A stretch of 64,000 nt of DNA from Lobosporangium transversale (taxonomy: Eukaryota). Every line of letters starts with the position of its first letter. Within the stretch, counting starts at the first letter, position 1. The notes beneath the pieces are model-generated. The model saw only the letters and a program-made list of their open reading frames with translations. It had not been told where the DNA came from and did not search any database. The position numbers and the translations under genes are program-made. Below, piece by piece: positions 36,207-48,753 of the stretch. Location: assembly GCF_002105155.1 (NCBI RefSeq), contig NW_019029017.1:1-64000 (forward strand), written 5' to 3'.

Positions 36207-39200
36207 CTATTTAAACTTAAACTTGTAATCAAAGGTCTCTTGATTCCATCGATCTTCTTCCTCTGTCTCGTCAGTACGATCCTCTCGACGATCTTTCGCC
36301 CACCTGGTGGTTATCAACCTCTTATCCCATTCTCTTTCTAAAAGCCTGCAGACCCTTCCAATGAGCTTTAACCTTTCCTCCGCCGCCTCTTTCACCTCCT
36401 TCTCCTTCTCCTCTTCCTCCTCCTTATTTCGTTCTCTTAGATCTTCTTCGCTCTCACTAGAATCATCGCTATCGTCATCATAATCATCATCATCATCGCT
36501 CAAGCCGTTCCCATTTGACCTGCCCTTTCTACCACTGAAAGAGCGTTCAGAATTATTGACAATGCCATCGCCACCAGTATCACTTGTCTGTACCATATCT
36601 CTGTCTTCTCCTTGACCATATCTCTGGCTAAACGCCTTCAACAGTGACACGGCCCATGCTCTGGATGCAGGAGTGCTGCCATAGTTGGAATATGCGTTCA
36701 AAATGTCGATCGTGCGTAATATAGCAATCCTCCTGGCTATTTCTGTCTCTTCTGGTGAATCTGCTCGCATCTGTGCTTTGGCTTGCTGCGAATTATTCTT
36801 CAGTATATCCATGTTTTCAAACGCCGTAGTTTCATCAAGATAATAGAGGTTCTTGACATAATATTCCCAATTATTGTGTTCGACCCGATGTATACCATCA
36901 CCAAGGTCCCATTCAGCTTGCTGCTCTTGTTGCTTCACTTCATCATGTTCTTGCGATGATTGGTATTCATGATTACCATTGGCGTTGTCGTGATTATTGA
37001 CATCCCCACTTTCGACTTTACGCTTTTTGACTACCTTTTCCTCTATCTTGGACTCTGCCTTTGTCTGAGAGCCAGCGTGCCAAGATCTAGAGGTTTGTTG
37101 CCAGATTTCAACACCGCTATGTCTTTCATTATTTTGGCTCCTACCTCTCTTGCCTGTTCCTCTGACGACAACCTCCAATGGAGCATGTTCTGATCGATAT
37201 CTTTCTGCTCTATCCGCCTCACGGAAAAACCCGCGCATATTCTCTCTGTTAATGATTTTGGGCACAGTCACTGGTGCTCCGCCTTGGACACAGTCCCCCT
37301 GACGTTTATATCGCTCAGTTCTTACCAACCGAATGTTAGCTGTGCGAGTCTCTGGGATGAGAACAGACTGAAACACATGGACTTGGTATTCAGGTGGCAG
37401 TAGGTGAACAGGATAGAATGCAGACGGCGTGGCTCTGACATCATCCGCTGATGGAAGTTCTTCTCGCTGAGGGAACATGGTAGGCAGGTCCTCAAGTGGG
37501 AGTGTAAAATTCATCATACCAACCGCCACAGGTTGATTTAACTCTTTGGAGGAAGCCCGGAGACGATCCATCTGTATGAACTTTTCCATGTGTATGCGTC
37601 GCTCATCAGTCCTATCGTCTAACATCTCTCGGCGCGGAGGTAATATTTGCAGTAATGTGCTTGGCCGAAGCATTTTAAGTGGATCAGGTATCCGAAGCTC
37701 GTACTTTTGTTTGGAATCTTTGGAAATAGCATGCAACACTTTTAGCCATTCCACATCTTCAGTCTTGCACTTGAATGCCTCTTTGTCGTAATAAATCTCG
37801 TATGCCAATCGCATACAATCGTCTAGGGTACGTGATGCATGTCCCAACTTCTGTGAAAGTTCATGGATCTCGCGAGCCATGCTTTTAATCTTTTGCTCCA
37901 CAGGATTTGGTTTCTCTTTGCATAGGTATGTATGAAAAACACGTTCCTCATCCTTTTCCTGGGTTTTTCTCGTGTCTCTTTCACGTAAGTCCTCCTCCAG
38001 CTCTCTGACTCTCTCGTACAATTGGTGGCGTTGGCGAAGATGAAGCAATCGATTGTCATTGACTGTCTTCCGTACAATCTCCCGAGCATTTTCTTGAGCC
38101 CATGCTGGGAGTTGTTTTGTACGGGGTTCTGGTGGATTCAGGGGAACAAACCCAGCGAGACCGCGGATCAGGCCCGTAGACTGCTCAATGATTTCTGGCA
38201 GCGTCTTTATCAGCGCTCTGGCCTTTCTGGTTCGTCGATGCTGACGATATTCATTAAATGCTGCGACAGAGGACTCAGTTTTACCCATTCGCTGTCGATC
38301 CGCCTTCAAGATCTGGGTCTCAAATTGACCATACTGCTCTTCAAAATGCTTAGAGAAGAGCAGATCTTGCAACATCCTACGTTCGACAATATCCCGAGTT
38401 TTGGCTTCCCGATCCCAATGTATTTGATTGATCAATCCCGCATTCTCCTGGCCTAACCACTCTTTTATAGCACCCTTCCATTCTTTGTAATGCCTGTCTA
38501 AATATCGTACTTCTTTTGATATTCTAAGGGTCGTTTCCTTCTTTAAAGCGCTGATGGATCGGTTGGTATCGGCTTCAAGATTAAACTTGGCTTCCTCTAG
38601 CCTAGTCAGTTGATTTTTCGTCGGATCCCTGAAGAACCTGGATTTTTTACTTTTTTTTCCTTTCTTTCTGACACTTATTGTATCCTGTGCTGTCCCTGAA
38701 AGCGCCATTTCTGTCGAAGTTATAGGACGTATTACTATTTCTGAGTCTGCCGTTGGTGCTGCCGTTGGTGCTGCTGTTGGTGCTGCCGTTGCTGCTGCCG
38801 CTGGTATTGCCGTTGGTATTACCGTTGGTGCCGCTGATGCTGCTACTGTCCCTGTCTTTTTATATTTTTTTGCTCCTTTATTCGGATTAGCCTGATATTT
38901 CTTAGAATAAAGATCGCAGTCTCCCTTTGTAGCTTTATAAAGGCTGGCTCGGATACGATTTTTGAGCTGCTCAAATGTCTGCAATCCTGAAGACAAATCC
39001 TCCCATGCATCGATGCGTGGCTCTGGAACGTTCCACTCTTCCAGTTGCCGAATATACAAATAAGTCATGGGTCGTTTCTTATACAGAGCTACGAACCTAG
39101 CAAAATAGAGTGCCGCTTGGGTTGGATTTCGAGCGTTACAAGTATATAATTCCCAATCTTGGCTTCGGCGTGTCAGATGGTTGTGTTGAAGGAGAATATA

Positions 39201-39691
39201 GGTTGTAAATACTGGTGCGTCTACAAATCGAATGAGAAATAAAAGAGGGGGTTACACTGTTGTTTAACTGCCTGTTCGACCAAAGATGGAGGCTTTCATT
39301 TATATTTGAGCTGAAATCATACTTACTTGGTTCTTTAACATTGTGTATCCAACGGTTGAGTATACCATGCGCTGCTATCTCGAAATTCGGATTTGCATAG
39401 AAATTGTTGGCAACTCTATCCCAGTGAATTCCAGCTTCATCCGAATTGTCAACAATTGCCCGGACAATGTTGCTGTCAAAGATGGAAATATAATTATTAG
39501 AAAAAAACATATGTAAGATAAAAGATATACACATTTTCAACAAAAGAGAAGATTACTGTATGCCTCAACCTACTCGAGCTCAAGAGGAGTGTATGGAGGA
39601 AGTTCACGATCAATGCCGTTTATTTGCTTATAATAATCTACATATAGATCAGTATGTTGACGTTAATAACCTGTCCTTCATAATAAACACG

Positions 39692-39723
<32 letters not shown>

Positions 39724-39945
39724 TAGTGCTTAAATAATATGAAAAAAAAGACAAACCGTACTGCAGGCATAACACAGGTCACCAATGCGATCGATTGACA
39801 GCTGGAATTTGAAAGAATCACGGGCCCCACAATACCCGCATCCATGGGGCAAAGTTTTTGCGGTCAATTCATACAATCTCTGGAACCGCCTTTTCTCCTT
39901 TAGCAAAGCGCCACATTCCGCCGCTGGATATCACGTTTGGTAAGG

Positions 39946-39978
<33 letters not shown>

Positions 39979-40022
39979 ACCATTATCGTTCATAAACCCT
40001 ACTTACGAAAAGAAAAGAAAGG

Positions 40023-40055
<33 letters not shown>

Positions 40056-41842
40056 TACCGCAATGATAACAGAGGATGTTTTGCTCATGATCGTATGGAT
40101 AAAGAGCTGGCATCATCCCGACACCCTCGATATCCACACGTGCCCAACTGAACGTTTTCAAAAATTCCTTAAGGACTTTCGGGAGTTTGTACCCACACCA
40201 ATAACAATACCATGTCTTAGTGCGATGTGCCTTGCGACCGAAATTCCAGGCCGCCACGCCTCTTTGAGTCAATTCATTTATTTTTTTCGTAGCTCTTTTG
40301 AGAGTAGTGCGTTTCTGGCCGTCAAAGGAGTAATAGCTCTTACCAATCTTGTTTTCTAATACAATAACAACAAGAAAAAATACAGACGATGAGGAGCTAG
40401 AAACAAAATAAAAATAAATAAATAAATAAAAAAGAGAGAGAGAGAACTATAGCTACTCTACTTACGACAGCCTGGACAAAATGTGACATTGCCCTCTACT
40501 ATAAATTCCTCCCCTGCACATTTTTCACAGCAGGACTGTTGAAATGTGTTGTTGAACAAAGTTTCGTTGATTTTATCTTTCAACAACTCCACCTGTTGCT
40601 GTATCTTATCATGGTACTGTCGTACCAAAGCTCTTGGGCTCATCCAGTCGTATTGATCTATTAAAATTTATATGTATAAGAGATTAGAAAGAGAGGAAAG
40701 AAACAAGGGGAGAAGAGGAGGTAAAGGACAGTATCAACTTTTTTAGTACTTTTACATATTCAGTTAATTTCCTTTGCCAAACAAAACAAAAAAGATAAAT
40801 AAAACGTACGGTTGTAATCCACAGATCGGTCGCGCGACTTTTGTTGTAGCGGCTGCCTTCTGAAGTTAAACCGGTCTTTTTCCTCATAAGTCGGGAGCTG
40901 TTCTTCGAACTTTGTGATTTTTGGTGGTTCAGCAGCAATGAGACGTAAATGTTTTAAATAACCCGCGCGAGTGATTTGAGGATCGTCCATACCGATTTTA
41001 ATGTGGGAAACAAACAATTTCAGCATCGCATCCTCGCCCGTTTTCCATCCACCATAATATTTCATACTGATCCTCCACAGGTCCCCCTTTAACGTTATCT
41101 TAGCAGAGGGCAGCGCCTTCGCCTTTTCCCCAGGCATTGGGTGCGCTGCTTCCTTTCCATCATTATTATTGCCGTTGTTATCGTTGTTATCATTGTCACT
41201 GGCGATGTCATTGCTATTGTCGTTGTCGTTGTTGGCAGAGTATATTCCCGTGCCTTCCTCTTCATCTTCTTCCGACTCTACTGCTTGGTGCAGATTAAAA
41301 TCTGACTCTGACCCTGACTCTGACTCTGACTCTGACTCTGACCCAGACCCAGACCCAGACTCTGACCCCGACTCTGACTCTGACTCTAACTCTGACTCTA
41401 CTTCTGATTCTGGAGCTGGCTCTGGTTCTGCCTTTGCTCCTAGAGCTATCCCTGGTTTTGGCCCCAGTACAGAACTGGATGCTTGCCTCAGGTCGTTTTC
41501 AACGTAGGAGGCTGTCGTGACTGATTCATATTGAACTGAAAGCTTACTAGTGGTTTGTTTCTGATTATGATGACGTATTCCTTGGGCTTCGTTGACAGGA
41601 CTGGTGTGAACCACAGACATAGCCGAGGAGGAAGCGGAAGCCTCGGCATTGTTAGGAGTATTTCCACGATCATTATCACTTTTGTGAAGAGCGCCACTAA
41701 CAGTATCAATACTATGACGTTGGATCGTATTGCTCTTTTTGCTTATAGTGTTATTATTATTGTTATTGCCAGTGCTATTTTTGCGATTGTTGGCACTAGT
41801 GTTGTTTTTTTTATTCATTTGCTTCCTCCCATGTACTTCCAT
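36207..41842 (-). CDS. Large multi-exon protein with Cys4 zinc motifs, divergent GATA-type finger and Myb/SANT-like domain (putative nuclear regulator)
   Basis: Phase-consistent GT-AG exons: (41842 or upstream)-40810, 40657-40466, 40355-40059, 39923-39762, 39637-39574, 39472-39327, 39220-36207. Spliced product contains CEKC-x13-CPGC, CYWC-x41-CYHC, CGYC-x18-CYACNYYKQINGIDREL and PYTPLELDNIVRAI...WDRVA...RW. 5' end unresolved. Confidence 0.7.
41301..41399. repeat. (TCTGAC)n-type coding microsatellite (Glu-Ser/Gly-Ser repeat on the - strand)
   Basis: About 16 imperfect hexamers tctgac/ccagac/cctgac, encoding ESESESGSESGSGS in the GATA/Myb gene. Confidence 0.85.
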
Positions 41843-42039
41843 TGTGCCTCTTGGAGCTCTAATGAATGGCAGCTTCCTTTGTTCATAAACAAAAACAAAA
41901 CAAAAAAAAAAAAAAAAAAAAAAAAGCAGGGAAAAATAGAATTGTGACTGTGGTTCTTCCGCAGCAATTTTATTGAATTTCGCCGCACAAAAAGTATTTA
42001 CACTATGAAAGGAGACAAAAGCGGCCTTTTTTCTTTTGC

Positions 42040-42303
42040 TTAATGGGTGTTATCGATCTTTTGAGGATGTGAGCCAGAGGTTCTTCGGTTGGAACCATGA
42101 TGCTGTTTCTTTGTAGTCGTAGGCGTAGTCTCAACGTTCTGCTGCACATCATGGCTAGAACCTTTAGATTGGGCTTGAGCTTGGTCTTGAGAACGTGTAC
42201 CCTTCTTGTTGGGAGTCGACGACATCTCAGAATGCTGTTGCTGTTGCTCAGAGTGAGCAGGAACCTTGCCTGGGGCTTGCGTGTTTGTAGACTTCTTGGT
42301 CAT
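42040..42303 (-). CDS. Small hydrophilic ORF (87 aa): separate gene, uORF or first exon of the downstream gene
   Basis: ATG in A-rich context after an AT-rich leader. Gln/Thr/Ser/Lys-rich composition. Stops about 200 bp upstream of 41842. Confidence 0.4.
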   Translation of the reverse strand: MTKKSTNTQAPGKVPAHSEQQQQHSEMSSTPNKKGTRSQDQAQAQSKGSSHDVQQNVETTPTTTKKQHHGSNRRTSGSHPQKIDNTH

Positions 42304-43112
42304 TTTGCTGTTATTTTTATTATTATTATTATTATATAATTATAGATTATTGATTTACTTTTGAGGGTTTATATGAGAGGATCAAGATGCTCGTTTAAAG
42401 AAAGGATGGACGTGATTTTTGAAAGAAAAAAAAAAATCCCTTTCTTTTCTTTTTTTTTTATACCATGGCAACTGGCTACTTACCATTGCCAACTTGTATC
42501 CATTCATGCGAGACATCACAACTCAAACGCATCAGTGCTTTTTAACGTAAAATAAACAAATAAATGACACTAAGCAAAGAGCTAGAGCACAGGCTTCTTC
42601 CTTGTGAACTACATATTCATGTGCTGTACACAATAGGGGTTGTCGCTTGACTTGACTGATTCATCTTGAATAACACTGGCGATGTTTGACTGACCCTGGC
42701 TGATGAATAAAGGATCTGTCTTATTCCAAAAGCTCGCGTCTAGCCCCTGTTGTGTTTAGTGGAAGCAATCGTTTATTTAAGGCTGACTCGTCATTTATGC
42801 CAAAACCATCACTGGTCAAGATCTTCAAGATCAGAAATTGGACAGAAGTCCTTTTTAAAAGCTATTCAGCATTCCATCCAAAGTAGCAAAGGTCTAAAAG
42901 CATTGATTCACACACCCGGTTGAACATTTTTTTTTTTTTTTTTTTTTTTTAGTGCACCTAGTATACAAGAATTGTTTGAAACCAACGGCAAAAAAAAAAA
43001 AAAAAGCAACTCTGGATATCCACTTGGCTGCTGTATACCTTTTCTTCAAGAGAGTCATGTCCCCCTTTTTTTTAAATGTATGGTCAAATACAACTAATTC
43101 TATGGAGATGAC

Positions 43113-45691
43113 TCATCCTATAACCCTCCAAGTCTGATCCACACTAGCACGGTTATTGTTGGATATTCCCTCACCCGCTCGCGCGCTTGGCCTGCTACAC
43201 TCATTTTTTTCCATACTACTGCTCGTTGAGATTGGGATAATCGACCTCACAGGTGAGGATACTACTGTAGACTCTATACCGGTGATATTTGACATTACTG
43301 CTCCCATAATGGCCTGTACGGTCCCAACATTGCTGGGGGTCGCGTCCAAGCACGGTATCCTTGCGTGCTGGCAAGATACTTCTAATGGCGATGTTGTTGT
43401 CTTTTGCGCTCGGTGGTTACAGGATTGCCTAGAGTAATCGCCATGGTTATCAGACTGGCGTTGACTTGGATGGAATGACTGCCCCAGTGCTATCTCATAT
43501 CCTCGATGGGTTTGTTGCCTATGCTGTAATTGTTGCATCAGGCGGCTTTTGGGGTTACTTTTGGTAGTCAGAGAGAGCGCATTTACAGTTGAGGTAATTT
43601 CTGTCGTTTCCTGTCCACCTGTAAGACGCAAGAGCTGTTGCTGTTCTCTTTCTCTTCGGCCTCTCAAGTTCCGAGGTGACGTATTCCGATGTAGAATATG
43701 AGCATTTTTTTTGTCAACAGGCCCCATGTACTCCAAATCCTTATTCCGGAATCGTGGTATTACTGATATATGCATCGGCTGGACTAAAGGTAACGGAGGG
43801 CGCACCCGCTTAGCTGCAGCATGGTGATAATGTCGAAGGCTCCCCACCATATATCCATGTTGCTGTAATGCCTCTGAAGTACCTTCTTTATCGTCGCTAT
43901 AGTGTTCTGCGTAGTTTTCGCTCTCTGGGTTAAGGCTGTCTGAAGCATGATCGTAAGATATCGTTCTTTTTAGAGATAATGAGCGATCGACTCTGTCCCG
44001 CCCTCTGTTAACAACAGCGCTATTACTCGGAGATACTACACTTGAACCGACTGGCAAGGATGCCTGGTGACAGAAGAAACTTGAGGTTGTGTTCTTACAA
44101 TAGCGCAAATGATGAGAGCCGGACGAAGATGGAGTGCCCACTCCAGCAGCAGGAAGTTCTGCCGCATTTTGCTGTCTATATGCACTATTGCCAGCAGTCA
44201 TATTAGGATCTTGATCATGCCGTTTCGCCCACTTTTGCTTTTGTTGCCGAGTTGGCTGCTCGGATGATGGACTCTTAAAGATGTCGCTCAAATGTAAACG
44301 CTCTTTCTTCGGAGTGACAGGGACATAAATGCCTCTCTTGTCCAATCGAAACGCGCTACCAATCCGCTGTATCCAACTTTCAGTAGATCTTAGTTCCGCT
44401 TTCACAGCAGCCATTCCTTGCAGTTGTGTTTGCTGCGATGAGTGCTGTTCTTTATTCATGACCATGGCCCTGCTTTGCCCTTCCAGCCGCGCCGGTGCAG
44501 AAAGCACCGACTGCGCTCGCTGAAGTTGACCTCGTTCAGTGCTAATAGTATTTTGCCCATCCATAAGGTTGCCAGTATACAGTCCCGTTTCCGGAAAGCC
44601 GTGTATGGTTGAATAATGCGAGTAATAATATAGGTGATGGAGACTAGCGGCTGGATGTAAGCTCCCCGTCTGCAGAACAGACGACTGAGCTCGGATTGAC
44701 GCCGCTATACTGACATTAGCTCGATTGATTGCTTGTGTGCATCTATCCGCATGCTCAATTACATAGACCTGCGCCTTCTGTACCATCCGACGGTTGCTAG
44801 AAAAGCATAGCCGAATAAACGGAGTTACTGGAAATAACGCCCCTATCTGGAAAAAGAGGCCATATTTTGGAAGCACCCGTTAATTAGATGTAGATTGTAA
44901 GTGGCAATAGGACATACAAAACATAATCGGCTCTTGGGAGGTCTTCCAGTCGATATCTTACAGCAACATCCAGCGCTATGCACTTAAGCAGGAATGTGCG
45001 TAGAATACGACGCTCTGACTCCCTAATCTTTAGCTGGGACAGCGGGCGGAAGACCAAAAAGTATGATAATGAGAAACAGATCAGAATACCTGCCACGGGA
45101 AATAGACCTGAAGATGGGTTTAGTAAGAAAAGGATCACCAAATCAATCGATTTTGCTTTTAAGCTGCATAAACTTTCGCCAGCAAGCCGTCTTACTGAAA
45201 AAGAACGATAGCCCCAAACTTTGTGGACCGTAGCTTAACCTCCATGCGTTGCCATCTCCTTGGAAAAACTGTCGAAAATATTGGAAGAAAGATAGGCGGC
45301 CGCGTTCACAGCCGCGGCCACGCCGGTGTCCACACTCGTCTTCAGTACCCTCCTCGATCTGGTCCCGCCTCCCATCCAATCGTAAAGCCCAATCCAAAGC
45401 CAGCTGGATCAGCTCACTATTTAGCCGCATATCTTGTTCACTGATATTGAACGCTGTTGCTGGAACAGTGACAGGCTCTCTTTCAATCGATGTCGCTGCA
45501 TCATTGGTTGACAAATCACGCATTTCCAAGACAACATTGCTAGCTGTTACTGCTACTGAAGGTGTTGCGAATATTGACGCGTAACTACTACGGTATAAGC
45601 TGTATCTTGGTCGCGCGCTGCCTTCATTTCTATTTTCAGTGGTATTTTTAGGCCATGCACGTGAGGTGAAGGATGAAAAGGAAGAGAACAT
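43113..45691 (-). CDS. Hypothetical protein with one or two hydrophobic segments and a long disordered C-terminus
   Basis: Three consecutive minus-strand ORFs (45691-45143, 45141-44884, 44876-43113) joinable by short introns; the first junction GTTAAG...TATGCAG is phase compatible, the second is unclear. Hydrophobic stretch LVILFLLNPSSGLFPVAGILICFSLSYFLVF. Confidence 0.5.
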
Positions 45692-46328
45692 GGGGAAGAT
45701 TCAGCGGCTCTCAACCTTGTCTTTTTTCTTTTTTGTCCGATGAAGATTAATGTATCCACAGGGATAAGTACACAAGAGCAAAAAGGACGATATAATAGAG
45801 TATGATGAATAAAAAAAGTAAAATAGAGGTAATGGAAGAATATTAGAATGCCGTAGTTATGCCGCAAGGGACGGAGAGTGAACGGAATGTAAAGCGACAA
45901 TCGAGTAACTCGTTAAAGAACAAGAATCAAAGCGTAATAGCGGATAAAAGAGGTGGGCAAAGAAAACGTACCTTCTTTCAAAACAAGAGAGGTATTAATC
46001 TCTCCTTTTTATTTTTCAATGCCATTGCTATGCAACCACAGATATCCGTTTAAAAGCAAAGCTGTAACGACGGACCGCGACGGCTTTTTTTCCCTCCTGT
46101 CCTTCTCATTCTTACCTTTTTACAAACCCTATTGACAAAATCTAAAGGAACAATCGCGACGCACGCACCGTCCGCTTTATTCTGGACGAAAGAGCTCCTT
46201 TATCTATGCCTCTTATAGGTTGAAGCAGCTTGGCAGAGCCTGTGCCGTGGTACAAGTGTGTAATTTCCCCTGCAGGTCCATAATTAAATAAATATTATTG
46301 CCTACATCAGCATTTAATGGTTTCATTC

Positions 46329-47975
46329 TTATATTCCTGTTTCTACATAATCTGCCGCCTCAGGGTTAGAAGCCGTAGGTATAGAAGCAGTACTCGTGCT
46401 GCTGCCGTCATTGCTCTCGTGAACAACCTCTACCTCCTTCTTCCCTTCAGCTGCCTCATTGACAACATTGGTGTCCCTCCTACTCTGCAACCGCCTTCCT
46501 GCTGCTGGTCTAAACCCTGTTCTTTCTCGGACAACAACCAATGGTTCATACCATCCCCTCGTCATTCCACCCTTCTCACGATCCACGGTGTTGAATGGCG
46601 GCTTAAGGGATCCTTTAAAGTACTGAACCACAACTTCCTGGAACCGCTTTCGACGCCGTGCCTCGGTAGGGTCCACAACCTCTTCGCCTTGACTCCCATC
46701 TTCCTTTTGTGCATACGCCGGCGTCACTTGCCTAAATTCATACAATTCATCGTCTGCATCATAAACATTGTTCCCAGATCCTGCGCCTGTACCTGCACCA
46801 AAGGCTTCACTATCGCCATTCACTTCTACTCCAACACCTTCATGTCGTTTTAATAGATAACAAAACCATCGATGTCCAATTTGCACATGAGTCACTTCAT
46901 CTTCATGGATTTTTTGTAACATCTTTGCAGACTCTTCATCACCACTCCGTCCAAACCGCGCGATCGTCGCTGGATTCACATCCAGGCCTCGGGATTCAAT
47001 CGTCATATGTACTACCGCCATCCGTGCCAAAGCGGAACGCGCTGTGTCTGTGCAAGAGTCCCAGATAGAGGCATGAACTGGTAGATCGCCATAGTGTGCA
47101 CCTTGACACTCAAGCCTCTCATTGAGCCATTTGAAATGCTAGTTTGGGGAGGTAGGGTTTTTGGAAGATATCAAATTAAAAATTAAAAAAATATATAAAG
47201 TTGCAAGCCTACTACAGAATTCAAGAAATAACTTGTAACATAGACTTGAATCACTATGCATATTTATCTTACCTTGGCTTCATCACAGGCCATCTGAACA
47301 AAGTCATCAAAAAACCTGTTCGGCATCACAAACTCTTGTTGCTCTTCATCCTCAATCTGTCCTTTGAGTGCGGTCCCTGCGGTCGCTTGTGTGTAATATC
47401 CAAACCGAGCCATGTTGTCTAATGCTGTATCAATTGCCCACTGCTCGACATTAGCCAACGCTATAAAAAATAAAAATAAAAAATCAATAACCAATGTTAC
47501 TTAATGGCATACTGGCTGTCTCCTCTTATCATTACTATTGTTTTACCATGCAAGATGGCGATCCTGCTTGCTATTATAAGATGAAATATAAAAATAAGCC
47601 AAACTCGTCAGTCTTTTCATCAATAACAATATTTACAAGGATAAAAAAAAAGTTCATACAAAGAGATCCTGCTTTGCCAACTTTGACACCGAAACCCGGC
47701 CGCACAAATTCAAGCGTATCAGGTCTTAATGGCTTCTCAGGTGGCACAGCTCGGCCAATTGGCACCTCCATATTACTACTACCGCTAGTAGTAGTATTGG
47801 ATGCTGTATTGTTGCCTACTATGTTGTTTCGAACTTGAATGGAAGCTCGCCATTGTTGACCTAACAACAGTGTCAAATCTGCTTTTTCAATCGGATCGAT
47901 CATGTGCATGATGTGCACACATTTCTCCAGCAGCGAATTGCATCCTTCCGGAAAGGCGACTGACCCAATGGACAT
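46329..47975 (-). CDS. DUF455 family ferritin-like di-iron protein
   Basis: Exons from 47975, a 24-nt micro-exon (47571-47548, SRIAILH), then ALANVEQWAID...FFDDFVQMACDEAKHF and YGDLPVHASIW...ARMAVVHMTIESRGLDVNP...IHEDEVTHVQIGHRWF...FKGSLKPPFNTVDREKGG. Confidence 0.88.
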
Positions 47976-48753
47976 CTTGCTTTAGTTTCTTTTCAGAAAA
48001 GTGATAATTCGATCTATTATCATGATATTCCATCACGTGGCTTACATATTAGCCCAACTTCCTGGGCTGTCTGTGTACGAATACCCTTCTCATCAACAGG
48101 TTGGAGATGTAAAGGTCTGTTTGAGAAGTTGGGCAGTGAAGGAGGCGAGAATAAGCGAGATCGGCATAAGTAGGGACACAATTCTCCTCCCGAGTTTGAC
48201 CCAATACCTTTCTTACGTGGCTCCAGTCTCCTTCAACAGAGTATAAACTGCTCCATTCAGTCTCTTTTGGCCTTGTACATAAGGCTGTTGCTCGGAATGA
48301 GCAGGATAAGCATGTATTTTAATAAACTTGAACCATTCCCTTCACATTACTGGAAACTACAAAGGCCTTCATCAAACGTATCAGCTGATTTAGATCATAT
48401 TACAATACTCATAATTGTTCGCTTTCCTTTTTTAATACTTTGCACTCTTTCTCTTTTTCTACAGCATCCTTTACAAGTATCACTCCTTCCTTATAATATA
48501 TATTAGTCAACGATGCTGCTACTTAAGTTTAAAACAACAATCCTTAGGATTATTTTATTTCAAGATTCTAATGAAAGTGGCAACACAACTTTTTTTTTTT
48601 TTTTCTTTTTTTGTCAGCAAATGTAGAATCCCAAATCAAGATAATGGTAAAAATGGTAAAGATGGTAAAATAAACACAGAGACCATAGCGGCTCGCATTG
48701 GAAAGTAAAGTCCTCCGCATAAGGAAGCCCTTTGCTCATAACATTATATTAGG

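Noticed and set aside
41169..41507. Ser-Asp repeat ORF resembling staphylococcal Sdr adhesins
   Set aside because: It is the antisense reading of the (TCTGAC)n microsatellite that encodes ES/GS repeats in the minus-strand gene.
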